Numbered from the stretch's first letter, positions 40,283 through 49,490 are shown. The stretch: DNA of 64,000 bases from Patescibacteria group bacterium (GCA_041660305.1 JBAZWO010000002.1:196739-260738); one strand, 5' to 3'. A program made the numbers and translations. Notes: generated from the sequence alone by a model not told the origin.

Positions 40283-41251
40283 TCAAGAAAAGTTTTTCAC
40301 AATCTCTTTGTTCCCCGCTACCATAGGCGCTTTCTCGTGTAAACTAGTTGGCACAATATCTAAAATGTTTTGCGTGCCATCGGTAGCATAGCCGCCGGCT
40401 TGTTCAACGATCATAGCTAATGGCTTTAATTCATAATTCAAGCGCAGTTTTGCTGTTTGTTTTACAGCATCGTCATAAGGCCGAAAATATAAGCCACCTT
40501 TTAATAAATTCCTATGAATATCGGCTACCAGTGAACCAATATGGCGTGAGGTAGCTTTTGGATTATTTATTTTAAAATCCTCTAAAAATTTTCTTGAGCG
40601 TTCATCCCACGTTCTGGCATAAGCTTCATTAGCCGAATAAATATTACACGTTTGTGGAATAGTAATGTTATCGTGCGACAATAACCATTCGCCTAAACTT
40701 TGATCTAAGGTAAAACCATGTACACCATGGCCGGTGGTATAAACCAACATGGTGCTAGAACCGTACAAAATATAACCGGCCGCCACTTGCGTGTTGCCGG
40801 CTTGCAAAAAATCCGCTTCGCTGACTGCTTTGGTCATATTCAGACGTTCGTGAATAGAAAAAATCGTGCCGATAGACACATTGGAATCTATATTAGAAGA
40901 ACCGTCTAAAGGATCAAACGCAATTACATATTTAGCTTGCTTGGCGGCCGGCAAAATAACTATGTTTTCTTCTTCTTCAGAAGCCAGTGCCGCAAAATGC
41001 TCGGTTTTAGATAAATAATTTTTACATAATTCGTTGGCCAGTACATCTAGCTTTTTTACAGAATCACCAGAAGTATTCTCTAGTCCAGCCTCGCCTAAAA
41101 TATTCGCCAAACCGGCTTTATTAACCGCGCGAGAAATCACTTTGCCAATTACCCCAATATCCAATAAAATCCGCGAAAATTCACCGCTACCGCCGCAAGT
41201 TTTGGCTTCGTCTAAAACAAACTGGGAAAGCGTGGGATGATGTAGGCGCAT
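40283..41251 (-). CDS. fbp: Fructose-1,6-bisphosphatase class I
   Basis: FDPLDGSSNID motif, with GEFSRILLDI in the N-terminus. 322 aa. Confidence 0.9.
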   Translation of the reverse strand: MRLHHPTLSQFVLDEAKTCGGSGEFSRILLDIGVIGKVISRAVNKAGLANILGEAGLENTSGDSVKKLDVLANELCKNYLSKTEHFAALASEEEENIVILPAAKQAKYVIAFDPLDGSSNIDSNVSIGTIFSIHERLNMTKAVSEADFLQAGNTQVAAGYILYGSSTMLVYTTGHGVHGFTLDQSLGEWLLSHDNITIPQTCNIYSANEAYARTWDERSRKFLEDFKINNPKATSRHIGSLVADIHRNLLKGGLYFRPYDDAVKQTAKLRLNYELKPLAMIVEQAGGYATDGTQNILDIVPTSLHEKAPMVAGNKEIVKNFS

Positions 41252-41256
41252 GATAA

Positions 41257-41655
41257 TTAATTATTCTTAATAAAATTATCCATTGTTCCTTTGCTACAAT
41301 CGTATTTTTGTTCGCCATTGTTATTGCCGGATTTTTGTTCCAAAATTTGAGCACAAGCACAGCCTTGCGTATCGGTTAAAAAATAGTTACTGGCTACTAA
41401 TAATTTTGTTTTTGGATCAGTAGTCATAAACCGTTCACCGCCTAGCCAAGCATAATGCTTTTCTAGCGGATTAGCATCAAAATCAGTGCCTAAACACATG
41501 TCTGTATCATCCGTTACGCCATCATTATCTGCGTCATTTTCTTCGTCTGGCGGCGCAATAACAGCGGCTTGCGCTTTAAATTGCCCGGCAAACATAATTG
41601 TCATAACCAACAGCACGACCCCGCTAATTAATATATTTATCTTATTTTTTATCAT
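41257..41655 (-). CDS. Small secreted Cys-containing protein with a thrombospondin-type-3-like Ca-binding motif
   Basis: Signal peptide, a DADNDGVTDDTD motif and a strong RBS (AAGGAGG) upstream. Confidence 0.55.
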   Translation of the reverse strand: MIKNKINILISGVVLLVMTIMFAGQFKAQAAVIAPPDEENDADNDGVTDDTDMCLGTDFDANPLEKHYAWLGGERFMTTDPKTKLLVASNYFLTDTQGCACAQILEQKSGNNNGEQKYDCSKGTMDNFIKNN

Positions 41656-41790
41656 ATAGCCTCCTTAATTAATAATTAATTAGTTCTATTATTATAGCAA
41701 AAAAATATAAAAAAGTAAAACAAAAAATTAATAACCACTCACGTCAAAAACTCACCCTGAAACTTGGTTTGGTGAAATGCTTCTTGTCTA

Positions 41791-41825
41791 GCCATAAAAA
41801 CATGATACATTATCTGGCTAATTTT
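41791..41825. repeat. 35-bp direct repeat, copy 1 (3 bp beyond the sigma-gene stop)
   Basis: GCCATAAAAACATGATACATTATCTGGCTAATTTT matches 42567-42601 at 33 of 35 positions. Confidence 0.85.
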
Positions 41826-41828
41826 TAT

Positions 41829-42449
41829 TTATCTACTCGTTTTTTCAAGTTCTCGCACTCTAGCTTCAAGTGCTTGTTTAGCTCTATGCACTAATACATT
41901 TGCATGATTTGGCTTAATTTCTAATTCTTCTGCAATTTCTTTATTAGTTTGCTCGGCCGCTAACAATCTTAAAACTTCCCGAAGCCTTTCATCTTTAATA
42001 GTATCTACCGCTTTATCAAATAATTGCACCTGCTCGTGTCTTGCCGCTATTGTAAAAGGAGATTGGCTTGCTTGTGTGCCTAACGGCAGTGGAGCATCTT
42101 CTGCAATCGCTGATTCTTTCACCTCTCTCACAAGAGTGCCGCGTATTTTTTCATTAATACTTTTTCTTTTTGCAATCATAATTAACCATTTACTAATTGA
42201 TCTAATTCTACCGCTCCCTTGTTCATCAGATATTTTCTGCCATAATTCTTCAAAAACATCTTGTGCAATCTCTTCCGCTTCCGCTTGGCCAGATTCATTT
42301 CTTAAAAATTGATTAACATAGTGCACTAATCGATTAAAATATTTCCTGTGAATTTGTGCAAAAGCTACCTCGGCCTTTGCTTTATCATCTGAATATAACT
42401 CGCCAATAAGGTTGGCTTCATTTGGTAATGATCTATTTTCTACTGTCAT
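41829..42449 (-). CDS. ECF-type sigma-70 family RNA polymerase sigma factor
   Basis: Region 2 has AEEIAQDVFEELW. Region 4 has the HTH segment NKEIAEELEIKPNHANVLVHRAKQAL. No adjacent anti-sigma factor is recognisable. Confidence 0.8.
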   Translation of the reverse strand: MTVENRSLPNEANLIGELYSDDKAKAEVAFAQIHRKYFNRLVHYVNQFLRNESGQAEAEEIAQDVFEELWQKISDEQGSGRIRSISKWLIMIAKRKSINEKIRGTLVREVKESAIAEDAPLPLGTQASQSPFTIAARHEQVQLFDKAVDTIKDERLREVLRLLAAEQTNKEIAEELEIKPNHANVLVHRAKQALEARVRELEKTSR

Positions 42450-42566
42450 AATTCATTGATATATTATGCCTAAAAACTACTATTTGTCAATCTTGTCAGT
42501 CTTGAACTATGATTTATTTGATTCAATAATAACTATGATTAAAATCGTGCTAATTAATTAATCAAC

Positions 42567-42601
42567 GGCATAAAAACATGATACATTATATGGCTAATTT
42601 T
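42567..42601. repeat. 35-bp direct repeat, copy 2 (117 bp upstream of the sigma-gene start)
   Basis: GGCATAAAAACATGATACATTATATGGCTAATTTT. The minus strand reads CCATATAATG (TATAAT). Confidence 0.85.
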
Positions 42602-42637
42602 GACCATAAAATATTAATCTAGTAACATGTACCTATT

Positions 42638-43936
42638 ATGCCTAACAAAACCTACTTTATCTGGCCATTGGGCTGCCAAACTAATAAATCAGACGGCGAA
42701 CGCGTAGCGGCTGTATTGGAGCGTTTAGGTTACAAACGCGTGCCAAACGATGATGAAGCGAATATTGTGGCGGTAATTGCCTGCTCAATTAGGCAATCGG
42801 CCGTAGATAGAATTTACGGCAAATTTAGAAAATGGGGCAGACGACAAAAAAGCGGCGAGCTGACTACCCTACTCACCGGCTGCTTACTGCCAGCTGATAA
42901 AACCAAACTAAATCCAAAGTTTGATTTAATTTTTGCCATTGAGGATTTGCCAAAATTGCCAGAATTATTAGCGCAAACTTCGCTTGAAGAACATGCAAAA
43001 CAAATCGATCAAATGGCTTATTTTGACATTGCACCAATTTCTGAATCACCTTTCCGCGCCTGGGTGCCGATTATGAAAGGCTGTGATAAATTTTGCACGT
43101 ATTGCGCCGTGCCGTATACCCGCGGCCACGAACGCTCTAGGCCATCAGCTGATATTATTAAAGAAGTAAAACGTTTTATCAAACAGGGCTTTAAAGAAAT
43201 TAATTTGCTAGGCCAAAATGTTAACTCGTATGGTTTAGATAAAAAGAATAACGAATTAACTTTTGCTAAGTTGCTAGAACAAGTAGCTAAATTACCGGGA
43301 GATTTTTGGCTACGATTTCACGCGCCGCATCCACGTGATTTTACAGACGATGTAATAGCCGTAATAGCCAAATATCCAAAAATCTGCAAACAAATTAATT
43401 TACCGGCTCAATCCGGCAACAATACCGTATTAAAACGCATGAACCGGCCATATACGTGCACACAGTACTTGACCTTGATTGACATGATTAAAACCGGTAT
43501 TCCAAATGTTTCGCTATCTACTGACATTATTGTTGGTTTTTGCGGTGAAACTGCCAAACAATTTTTGGATACAAAAACTCTCATGCAAAAAGTTAAATAC
43601 GACATGGCTTTTATCGCGCAATATTCTCTGCGCCCCGGCACTGTGGCCGCTAAACGCTTTAAAGATGATGTGCTAGAAGATGCTAAAAAAGACCGAGCAA
43701 TAACGTTAACAAAAATTCTTGAACAAACTTTTTTAGATAATCAAGAAAAAAATATTGGTAAAGTTGATAAAATATTAGTTGAACGATATTCCAAGGATCA
43801 CTGGCTTGGTAGAAATGAGCACTTTATTACCGTGGAATTTTCAGCACCAAAAACCGCCCAATTAATCGGCACATTTCAGCAAGTTAAATTAGAAAAAGTT
43901 GAGCCGTTTAGGTTTAGAGGGAAATTAATTACTTGA
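42638..43936 (+). CDS. miaB: tRNA methylthiotransferase MiaB (radical SAM MTTase)
   Basis: CDKFCTYCAVPYTRG radical-SAM cluster motif, an N-terminal UPF0004 Cys triad region and a TRAM-like C-terminus. Confidence 0.88.
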   Translation: MPNKTYFIWPLGCQTNKSDGERVAAVLERLGYKRVPNDDEANIVAVIACSIRQSAVDRIYGKFRKWGRRQKSGELTTLLTGCLLPADKTKLNPKFDLIFAIEDLPKLPELLAQTSLEEHAKQIDQMAYFDIAPISESPFRAWVPIMKGCDKFCTYCAVPYTRGHERSRPSADIIKEVKRFIKQGFKEINLLGQNVNSYGLDKKNNELTFAKLLEQVAKLPGDFWLRFHAPHPRDFTDDVIAVIAKYPKICKQINLPAQSGNNTVLKRMNRPYTCTQYLTLIDMIKTGIPNVSLSTDIIVGFCGETAKQFLDTKTLMQKVKYDMAFIAQYSLRPGTVAAKRFKDDVLEDAKKDRAITLTKILEQTFLDNQEKNIGKVDKILVERYSKDHWLGRNEHFITVEFSAPKTAQLIGTFQQVKLEKVEPFRFRGKLIT

Positions 43937-44072
43937 AACACAGATGTCGCAGATAGAATCACTGATAATTCTGATAAATACTGATGACACAGATAATTCA
44001 AATACAATTAAATTTAATTAATTGTATTTATCTGTGACATCATGAATTTTATCAGTGTAATCTGTGTTTCAA
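43933..44072. repeat. Family-2 miniature element with perfect 13-bp terminal inverted repeats
   Basis: TTGAAACACAGAT (43933-43945) pairs with ATCTGTGTTTCAA (44060-44072). The interior is an imperfect long palindrome around AATACAATTAA/TTAATTGTATT. It spans the whole miaB/pyrF convergent gap and contains both stop codons. Confidence 0.8.
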
Positions 44073-44827
44073 CGATTCTGTAAATACGCTTCCCAAGCTT
44101 CCTGTCGATATTTTCTAGCTTCACTTGCAGGATCATCTACCTTATAAATTCCACGGCCGACAATGAGCACGTCTGATCCGCCGGCAATGGCTTTGGCTGG
44201 GGTGTTGTATTGTTGCTTTAAGCCGTCTCCCCCGCCGCCAAATTTTACACCGGGCGTGAAGTTGATAAATTTTGGATCATTGATTAATTTTTTGGTGGTA
44301 ATAAATCCAAATACAAAATCATCATATTTTTTCGCCATCTCTATTGATGCTTGAGTGTATTCGCCTTTGGCTAGCGTGCCTTCTGGAGTCATTTCGGCCA
44401 ACAACAACAATCCCCGGCCTTTTGGCAAGCCCACTGCGCTCAAGCCTTCGATAATACCGGGACCCGGCACTGTATGCGCGTTAGTAATATCAGCCCAATC
44501 GACAATATGATAAATGCCTTGGGCGTATTGCATTTGCACGGTATTGCCAATATCGGCAAATTTACGATCTTCAAAAATTAAAAAATTATGTTTCTCTTTT
44601 AGTTTGATTAATTCAGTAACAAAATTTGATGTAAAATCGGTAAGAATATCTATGTGTAATTTGGCCACACATATTTCTGACCCGATTTTATCTAAGATTC
44701 GCAAAATTTCTGCACCAGATGTTAAATCTGCCGCCACTGCTAAATTAGTTTTTTTTTCAATCATTATTTCCAGCAACTTTTTAGCCGTAGGGTTTTTGAC
44801 GTATTGTAAGCGTTGTTCAAGTTTCAT
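44069..44827 (-). CDS. pyrF: Orotidine-5'-phosphate decarboxylase
   Basis: FEDRKFADIGNTV motif and a DxKxxD-type N-terminal region. Confidence 0.9.
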   Translation of the reverse strand: MKLEQRLQYVKNPTAKKLLEIMIEKKTNLAVAADLTSGAEILRILDKIGSEICVAKLHIDILTDFTSNFVTELIKLKEKHNFLIFEDRKFADIGNTVQMQYAQGIYHIVDWADITNAHTVPGPGIIEGLSAVGLPKGRGLLLLAEMTPEGTLAKGEYTQASIEMAKKYDDFVFGFITTKKLINDPKFINFTPGVKFGGGGDGLKQQYNTPAKAIAGGSDVLIVGRGIYKVDDPASEARKYRQEAWEAYLQNR

Positions 44828-44834
44828 AAAATTT

Positions 44835-44894
44835 TACCTCTCCCTCTTTCCCTCTCCTAATAGGAGAGGGATGTCCGAAGGACAGGGTGAGGTA
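44835..44894 (-). repeat. Family-1 GC-rich nested-hairpin element (pyrE-pyrF intercistronic copy)
   Basis: The outer stem is TACCTCTCCC/GGGTGAGGTA. The inner hairpins are CCCTCTCCT-AAT-AGGAGAGGG and TGTCC-GAA-GGACA. Its reverse complement aligns colinearly with 55874-55937. Confidence 0.75.
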
Positions 44895-44897
44895 GTA

Positions 44898-45503
44898 TTA
44901 AATTTGATTATTTTTAATAAATTCCTGCACTTTATTGCACATGGCTTCATCAATTTTACCGGCAGTTTTCATAACTGTTAATACTTCGCTTAAAGTAATT
45001 ACGCTATGCAACTGATAGCCCTTGGCTTCTAGTTGCTTTTTACCGCCTTGCTCGCGATCTACCAACACCACAAAATCTTTAATCTTTAAGCCTTCACTTT
45101 CAAACGGAGCGGCGGTTTCAAACTTGGAAGCACCGGTGGTAATTAAATCGTCGATCACTAAACAAGTTTGGCCAGCTTTATATACGCCTTCAATTTTTTT
45201 CTTAGTGCCGTAATCTTTTACTTCTTTACGCGCATAAATCATTGGGGTATTTAATTCAATCGATAACACTGAAGCAATTGGCAAGGCCGTGTACGGTATG
45301 CCGGCCATTAAATCGTATTGAATGTTGTCTTGCGCAATTTTCTCTTTAAACGCCGCAATAATAGTTTTCATTACGCTTGGATAAGATACAATTACCCGTA
45401 AATCAATATAAATCGGCGATTTCATGCCCGATTTTAGCGTAAATTCCCCAAACTTTACCGCATTTATTTCGGCTAGTTTTAGGATTAATTCTTGATTGTT
45501 CAT
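44898..45503 (-). CDS. pyrE: Orotate phosphoribosyltransferase
   Basis: PRPP-binding motif CLVIDDLITTGAS. Confidence 0.9.
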   Translation of the reverse strand: MNNQELILKLAEINAVKFGEFTLKSGMKSPIYIDLRVIVSYPSVMKTIIAAFKEKIAQDNIQYDLMAGIPYTALPIASVLSIELNTPMIYARKEVKDYGTKKKIEGVYKAGQTCLVIDDLITTGASKFETAAPFESEGLKIKDFVVLVDREQGGKKQLEAKGYQLHSVITLSEVLTVMKTAGKIDEAMCNKVQEFIKNNQI

Positions 45504-45520
45504 AGTTTTTTATTAAATTA

Positions 45521-46408
45521 TTAATTATTTTTTTGTACCAAATACAATCCAAAAATTGTCATTATACCCCCTATAATTATATACCAAGTCATATTTTCAT
45601 GCAAAAAAATTATAGCTAAAATTACGGTAAAAACAGGAATAAATAATTTAAAGACAGAGGCTTTGGTAGCACCGATAACACTAACACCGTAATTAAATGC
45701 ACTAAAAGCAAAAGCGGTTGATATGGTACCAATTAAAAAAAGCCAAAGCCAATTGATTGCTGGTAATGAAAATAATTGTTGATAATCATTAAATAACAAA
45801 TTTATTACACCAATAATAATAGCACTGATTAAAAAAATATAAAAAGTAATTGTCCATGTATTATATTTTTGAAAATATTTTTTTAAATACACAATGGAAA
45901 AAGCCACAGACAAAGCTCCTAATATACCAAATATATAGCCAAAAAAACTATTGGAATGTAATAAATTAGAAAAATTTCCTCCTTCAGAAACTATAAAAAT
46001 TACACCAGTAAAAGCAACTATGATGCCTATGTAATTAATCATTTTATTTTTTTCCTTAATTAAAAACGGAGCTAATATTGCAATAAAAATTGGATTAGAA
46101 TTAATTAAAATTGAACCAATTGAAGCTGTAGAATATTTTGTGCATAAAATTAAAAACAGAGAAGAAAATACACCGTTTAATATAATTAAAATAAAGAGTA
46201 TAAAAAAATCATAGCTAAAAAATTTTATTTTATTTTTGCTTCTATATAAAAAATAGAACGGACAAAGGATTATGCCGGCAAACAAAAACCTAATAAATGC
46301 AATGTTTATCGCATTAACATTATCACAGAGCTTAATGAATAAATATAATGTTGACCAAGCTAACGGAGAAAAAAACAACGCTATTAAAGCTACTTTCTTA
46401 TTTTTCAC
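45521..46408 (-). CDS. EamA/DMT-family transporter
   Basis: 10 TM segments in two EamA-like halves. It is extremely AT-rich compared with the neighbouring pyr genes. Confidence 0.7.
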   Translation of the reverse strand: MKNKKVALIALFFSPLAWSTLYLFIKLCDNVNAINIAFIRFLFAGIILCPFYFLYRSKNKIKFFSYDFFILFILIILNGVFSSLFLILCTKYSTASIGSILINSNPIFIAILAPFLIKEKNKMINYIGIIVAFTGVIFIVSEGGNFSNLLHSNSFFGYIFGILGALSVAFSIVYLKKYFQKYNTWTITFYIFLISAIIIGVINLLFNDYQQLFSLPAINWLWLFLIGTISTAFAFSAFNYGVSVIGATKASVFKLFIPVFTVILAIIFLHENMTWYIIIGGIMTIFGLYLVQKNN

Positions 46409-46423
46409 TTTAAATTATATAAA

Positions 46424-47221
46424 TTAATATTTAATCTTTACCCCCGCCTTATCACGGTGATACTTCCCAAACTCTTTTAATGATAAAGCTTTTTCTCCGG
46501 AAATGACCGGGCCGCAGGTGCACATGGGTTCGCCGGAATTATCGATGCAACATTGGCCGCAGATGCCAACGCCGCATTTCATGAAGCGCTCCAAACTTAC
46601 TTGGCTCGGCACGCCATGGCGTGTGGCTACTTGAACCGCGGCGTATTCCATGGGCTCGGGGCCGCAAATACACACTATGGTTTTTTTACGTTGAACGGCG
46701 GTTAATTTATTTAACCGCTCTTCCAAAACGGCTGTAATATAGCCTTTATGGCCAGCGGAGCCATCATTGGTAGAAACGTAGGTATTACCCGGAAACTTCT
46801 TTGTGTAAAGTAATAATTTTTTAGTGCGGGCGCCCACTAATAACTCGCCTGTACACTTATCTTGCTTAGCTTGTTCTAGTAAATATGCTAACGGAGCCGC
46901 ACCATAACCGCCACCAACGGCAATAATATGCTGTTTTGATTGCCAAGTATAGGGCTTGCCAAATGGACCAGTAAAACCTAATTCTGCACCTGGTTTTAAA
47001 TTAAACAACGCTTCGGTAAACTTGTTAATTTTAAACACCACTAACGTAAAAGTTTTGCCATTATCGTTAGCAATCGAAAATGGTTTCTGATCGATACCTG
47101 GTATCCATAACATTACGAACTGACCAGGCTTAGAGCCTAAATTATTATAAGCAAATGTAAACGATTTTACATTCTCGGCTTCGTTTTTGATTTTTAATAA
47201 TGTGGTTGTACGCGGTTTCAT
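46424..47221 (-). CDS. pyrK: Dihydroorotate dehydrogenase 1B electron-transfer subunit
   Basis: FAD/NAD-binding fold plus the C-terminal 2Fe-2S motif CGVGICGQCC. Confidence 0.88.
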   Translation of the reverse strand: MKPRTTTLLKIKNEAENVKSFTFAYNNLGSKPGQFVMLWIPGIDQKPFSIANDNGKTFTLVVFKINKFTEALFNLKPGAELGFTGPFGKPYTWQSKQHIIAVGGGYGAAPLAYLLEQAKQDKCTGELLVGARTKKLLLYTKKFPGNTYVSTNDGSAGHKGYITAVLEERLNKLTAVQRKKTIVCICGPEPMEYAAVQVATRHGVPSQVSLERFMKCGVGICGQCCIDNSGEPMCTCGPVISGEKALSLKEFGKYHRDKAGVKIKY

Positions 47222-48138
47222 TTGTGTGCCTTTCCAATTAAATCACTTAATTTATTTATTTTCTTTTTCTTCATATATACTTCCATTTCTTTTACAATAT
47301 CACCAAATACTTTTTCACCGCGCCACCAGATGGCTGAACCAACTCCTACTAAACTGCCGCCGGCTAACATCATTTCTAAGGCATCTTCCCCGGTAGTTAC
47401 ACCGCCAGTAGCAATAATTGGCGCTTGAACAGCATTGTAGACATCCCACACGTTTTTCACGGCAATCGGTTTAAGGGCCGGACCGGATATGCCGCCAAAC
47501 TTATTGGATAATACCGGGCATTGTAAATTAACGTCAATCGTCATACCAGATACGGTATTTATAGCGGTAATAGCATCGGCACCGGCTTCGACACAGGCTT
47601 TGGCAATAGCGGCATTGTTCCAAGCGTTCGGTGAAAGTTTGGCGGCAATGGGAATGTGCTTTTTTTCGGCCACTTTTTTTACATAAGCTACAACTTTACT
47701 GGCAATTTCCGGACTATACGCTAATGGGATACCAAATTCATCCATTACATTTGGGCATGATAAATTGATTTCTAAAATATCAATCGGCGCGGTGCATAAA
47801 ATTTCGGACACTTTGGCAAATTCTTCGGCGCTGGTAGCAAATACACTGCCAATAATCGGTGCGGAACAAACACTCTTATATTCTTTCACCATATCTACCG
47901 ATTCTGTCACGCCAGGATTAGATAAGCCAACCGCGTTCATAAAATAATGCGGGTAGCCGGCCATGGTAGGGTTAGGATGCCCGGTTCTAGGCTCTAAAGA
48001 CACTGATTTCATAGTAACGCCGCCGGCGCCTAAATCCACACAGCGCTTTAAAGAAGCGGCCGTAACGCCTAATATGCCAGACGCTACTACAATGGGATTT
48101 TTAAATTTTACCCCGAGAAAATTGATAGTTGTGTTCAT
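47218..48138 (-). CDS. pyrD: Dihydroorotate dehydrogenase 1B catalytic subunit
   Basis: TIM-barrel DHOD motifs (GVTMKSVSLEPRTGHPNP, NLSCPN, GGISGPALKP). A 4-bp overlap couples it to pyrK. Confidence 0.9.
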   Translation of the reverse strand: MNTTINFLGVKFKNPIVVASGILGVTAASLKRCVDLGAGGVTMKSVSLEPRTGHPNPTMAGYPHYFMNAVGLSNPGVTESVDMVKEYKSVCSAPIIGSVFATSAEEFAKVSEILCTAPIDILEINLSCPNVMDEFGIPLAYSPEIASKVVAYVKKVAEKKHIPIAAKLSPNAWNNAAIAKACVEAGADAITAINTVSGMTIDVNLQCPVLSNKFGGISGPALKPIAVKNVWDVYNAVQAPIIATGGVTTGEDALEMMLAGGSLVGVGSAIWWRGEKVFGDIVKEMEVYMKKKKINKLSDLIGKAHK

Positions 48139-48142
48139 TGGG

Positions 48143-49486
48143 TTATATTAAAGCTTTTATTACTTTTTGCCAAATATTTATTTCGTTATTCAGCCATTTT
48201 TCTTCTTTTCGAACCTGCTGTTTTAATTGAGCTAACTGTAAGTTGCCGGCGGCGCCAATATGGGTTTTGGATTTGATATTTTTAACCGGGTCAATGGTGG
48301 CTAATTTATCTAAGTTATTAGCTACTTCCCGATAAGCATCGCGAAACGGCATACCGTCTTTTACCAAATCCAGCGCGTAATCGGCCGCGAATAGTTCCGA
48401 AGAAAACGCGTTAATGCATTTATCTTTATTTAATGTTAACACTGGCGTGACTAAATTCATGATTTTTACAGTATTAGCAAACAACGCCAAGCCTTTTAAT
48501 AACGGTTCTTTGGTAAGCTGACTATCACGGTTATAGCCAGATAATAACGTGTTCTGAATTTCCATGGTGGTTACTAAATAGCCCAACATCACTTTAACCT
48601 TGCCCCGAGTTAGTTCAAATACATCGCCGTTCTTTTTTTGCGGCATTAAAGACGAACCGGTACAGTATTCTTTTGGTAGTTCTATAAAGCCTGTTTCCGT
48701 CATGGAAAACACTAGCACGTCATTCGCAAATTTGGCTAATGTGCCCATGATTTGCGTAAGCGCAAACAATACATCCGCTTCTACTTTACCTCGACTGTAA
48801 GACACATACATAGAATTAATCTGCACCCGTTTAAAACCAAGTAGTTTGGTGGTATAAGCTCTATCTAGCGACATGTTCACGCCAAAACCGGCGGCACTGC
48901 CTAATGGATTCATGTCGTTAATCTCATAGGCAGTTTTGAGTAATTTTAGATCATCTAATAAGCTTTCAGCGTATTGTGATAACCACATACCAGCTGAAGT
49001 AGGCATAGCTCTCTGCATGTGCGTATAACCCGGCATAGGCACCCATTCGTATTTTTTAGCCAAAGCCAGTAAATTATCAACTAAAGCTAACGTATAACCG
49101 TATAATTCTTGAAGTTTATCTTTGGTATATAACCGTGTCATGGTTACTACTTGATCATTGCGGCTTCTGGCAGTGTGAATTTTTTTACCTAAATCCCCTA
49201 ACTCTTTTACTAAATGATTTTCAATAGCCGTGTGGCCGTCTTCATCTTCTAATTTAACAACAAATTTTCCAGCTTGCCATAAGGCTATAATTTTATTCAA
49301 CTCTTTTTTTAACGTGCTTAATTCTTTGTCTGTCAGCACGCCGATTTTCTTTAGCATCATCGCGTGCGCCATACTGCCATACACATCATAACAGATCATG
49401 TTTTGATCGAGCTCATGATCGTTCCCCACCGTGAACTCGATAATCTCTTTTTTTACGTTGTAGCCCTTTTGCCAAAGTTTTGCCAT
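48143..49486 (-). CDS. argH: Argininosuccinate lyase (fumarate-lyase superfamily)
   Basis: KLWQKGY N-terminus, HTARSRNDQV and GSSLMPQKKNGDVFELTRGK signature. Confidence 0.8.
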   Translation of the reverse strand: MAKLWQKGYNVKKEIIEFTVGNDHELDQNMICYDVYGSMAHAMMLKKIGVLTDKELSTLKKELNKIIALWQAGKFVVKLEDEDGHTAIENHLVKELGDLGKKIHTARSRNDQVVTMTRLYTKDKLQELYGYTLALVDNLLALAKKYEWVPMPGYTHMQRAMPTSAGMWLSQYAESLLDDLKLLKTAYEINDMNPLGSAAGFGVNMSLDRAYTTKLLGFKRVQINSMYVSYSRGKVEADVLFALTQIMGTLAKFANDVLVFSMTETGFIELPKEYCTGSSLMPQKKNGDVFELTRGKVKVMLGYLVTTMEIQNTLLSGYNRDSQLTKEPLLKGLALFANTVKIMNLVTPVLTLNKDKCINAFSSELFAADYALDLVKDGMPFRDAYREVANNLDKLATIDPVKNIKSKTHIGAAGNLQLAQLKQQVRKEEKWLNNEINIWQKVIKALI

Positions 49487-49490
49487 AGAT

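Noticed and set aside
43933-44072. The idea that the reiterated CAGATAA/CTGATAA units are DnaA boxes or an origin.
   Set aside because: They match the TTATCCACA consensus at only 5 of 9 positions. There is no dnaA or dnaN nearby, and the same units recur at gene 3' ends elsewhere. A repeat-element explanation fits better.
44514-44981. 155-aa plus-strand ORF spanning the pyrF 5' end, the repeat and the pyrE 3' end.
   Set aside because: It is antisense to two well-supported genes and crosses a palindromic repeat. It has low-complexity composition and no motif.
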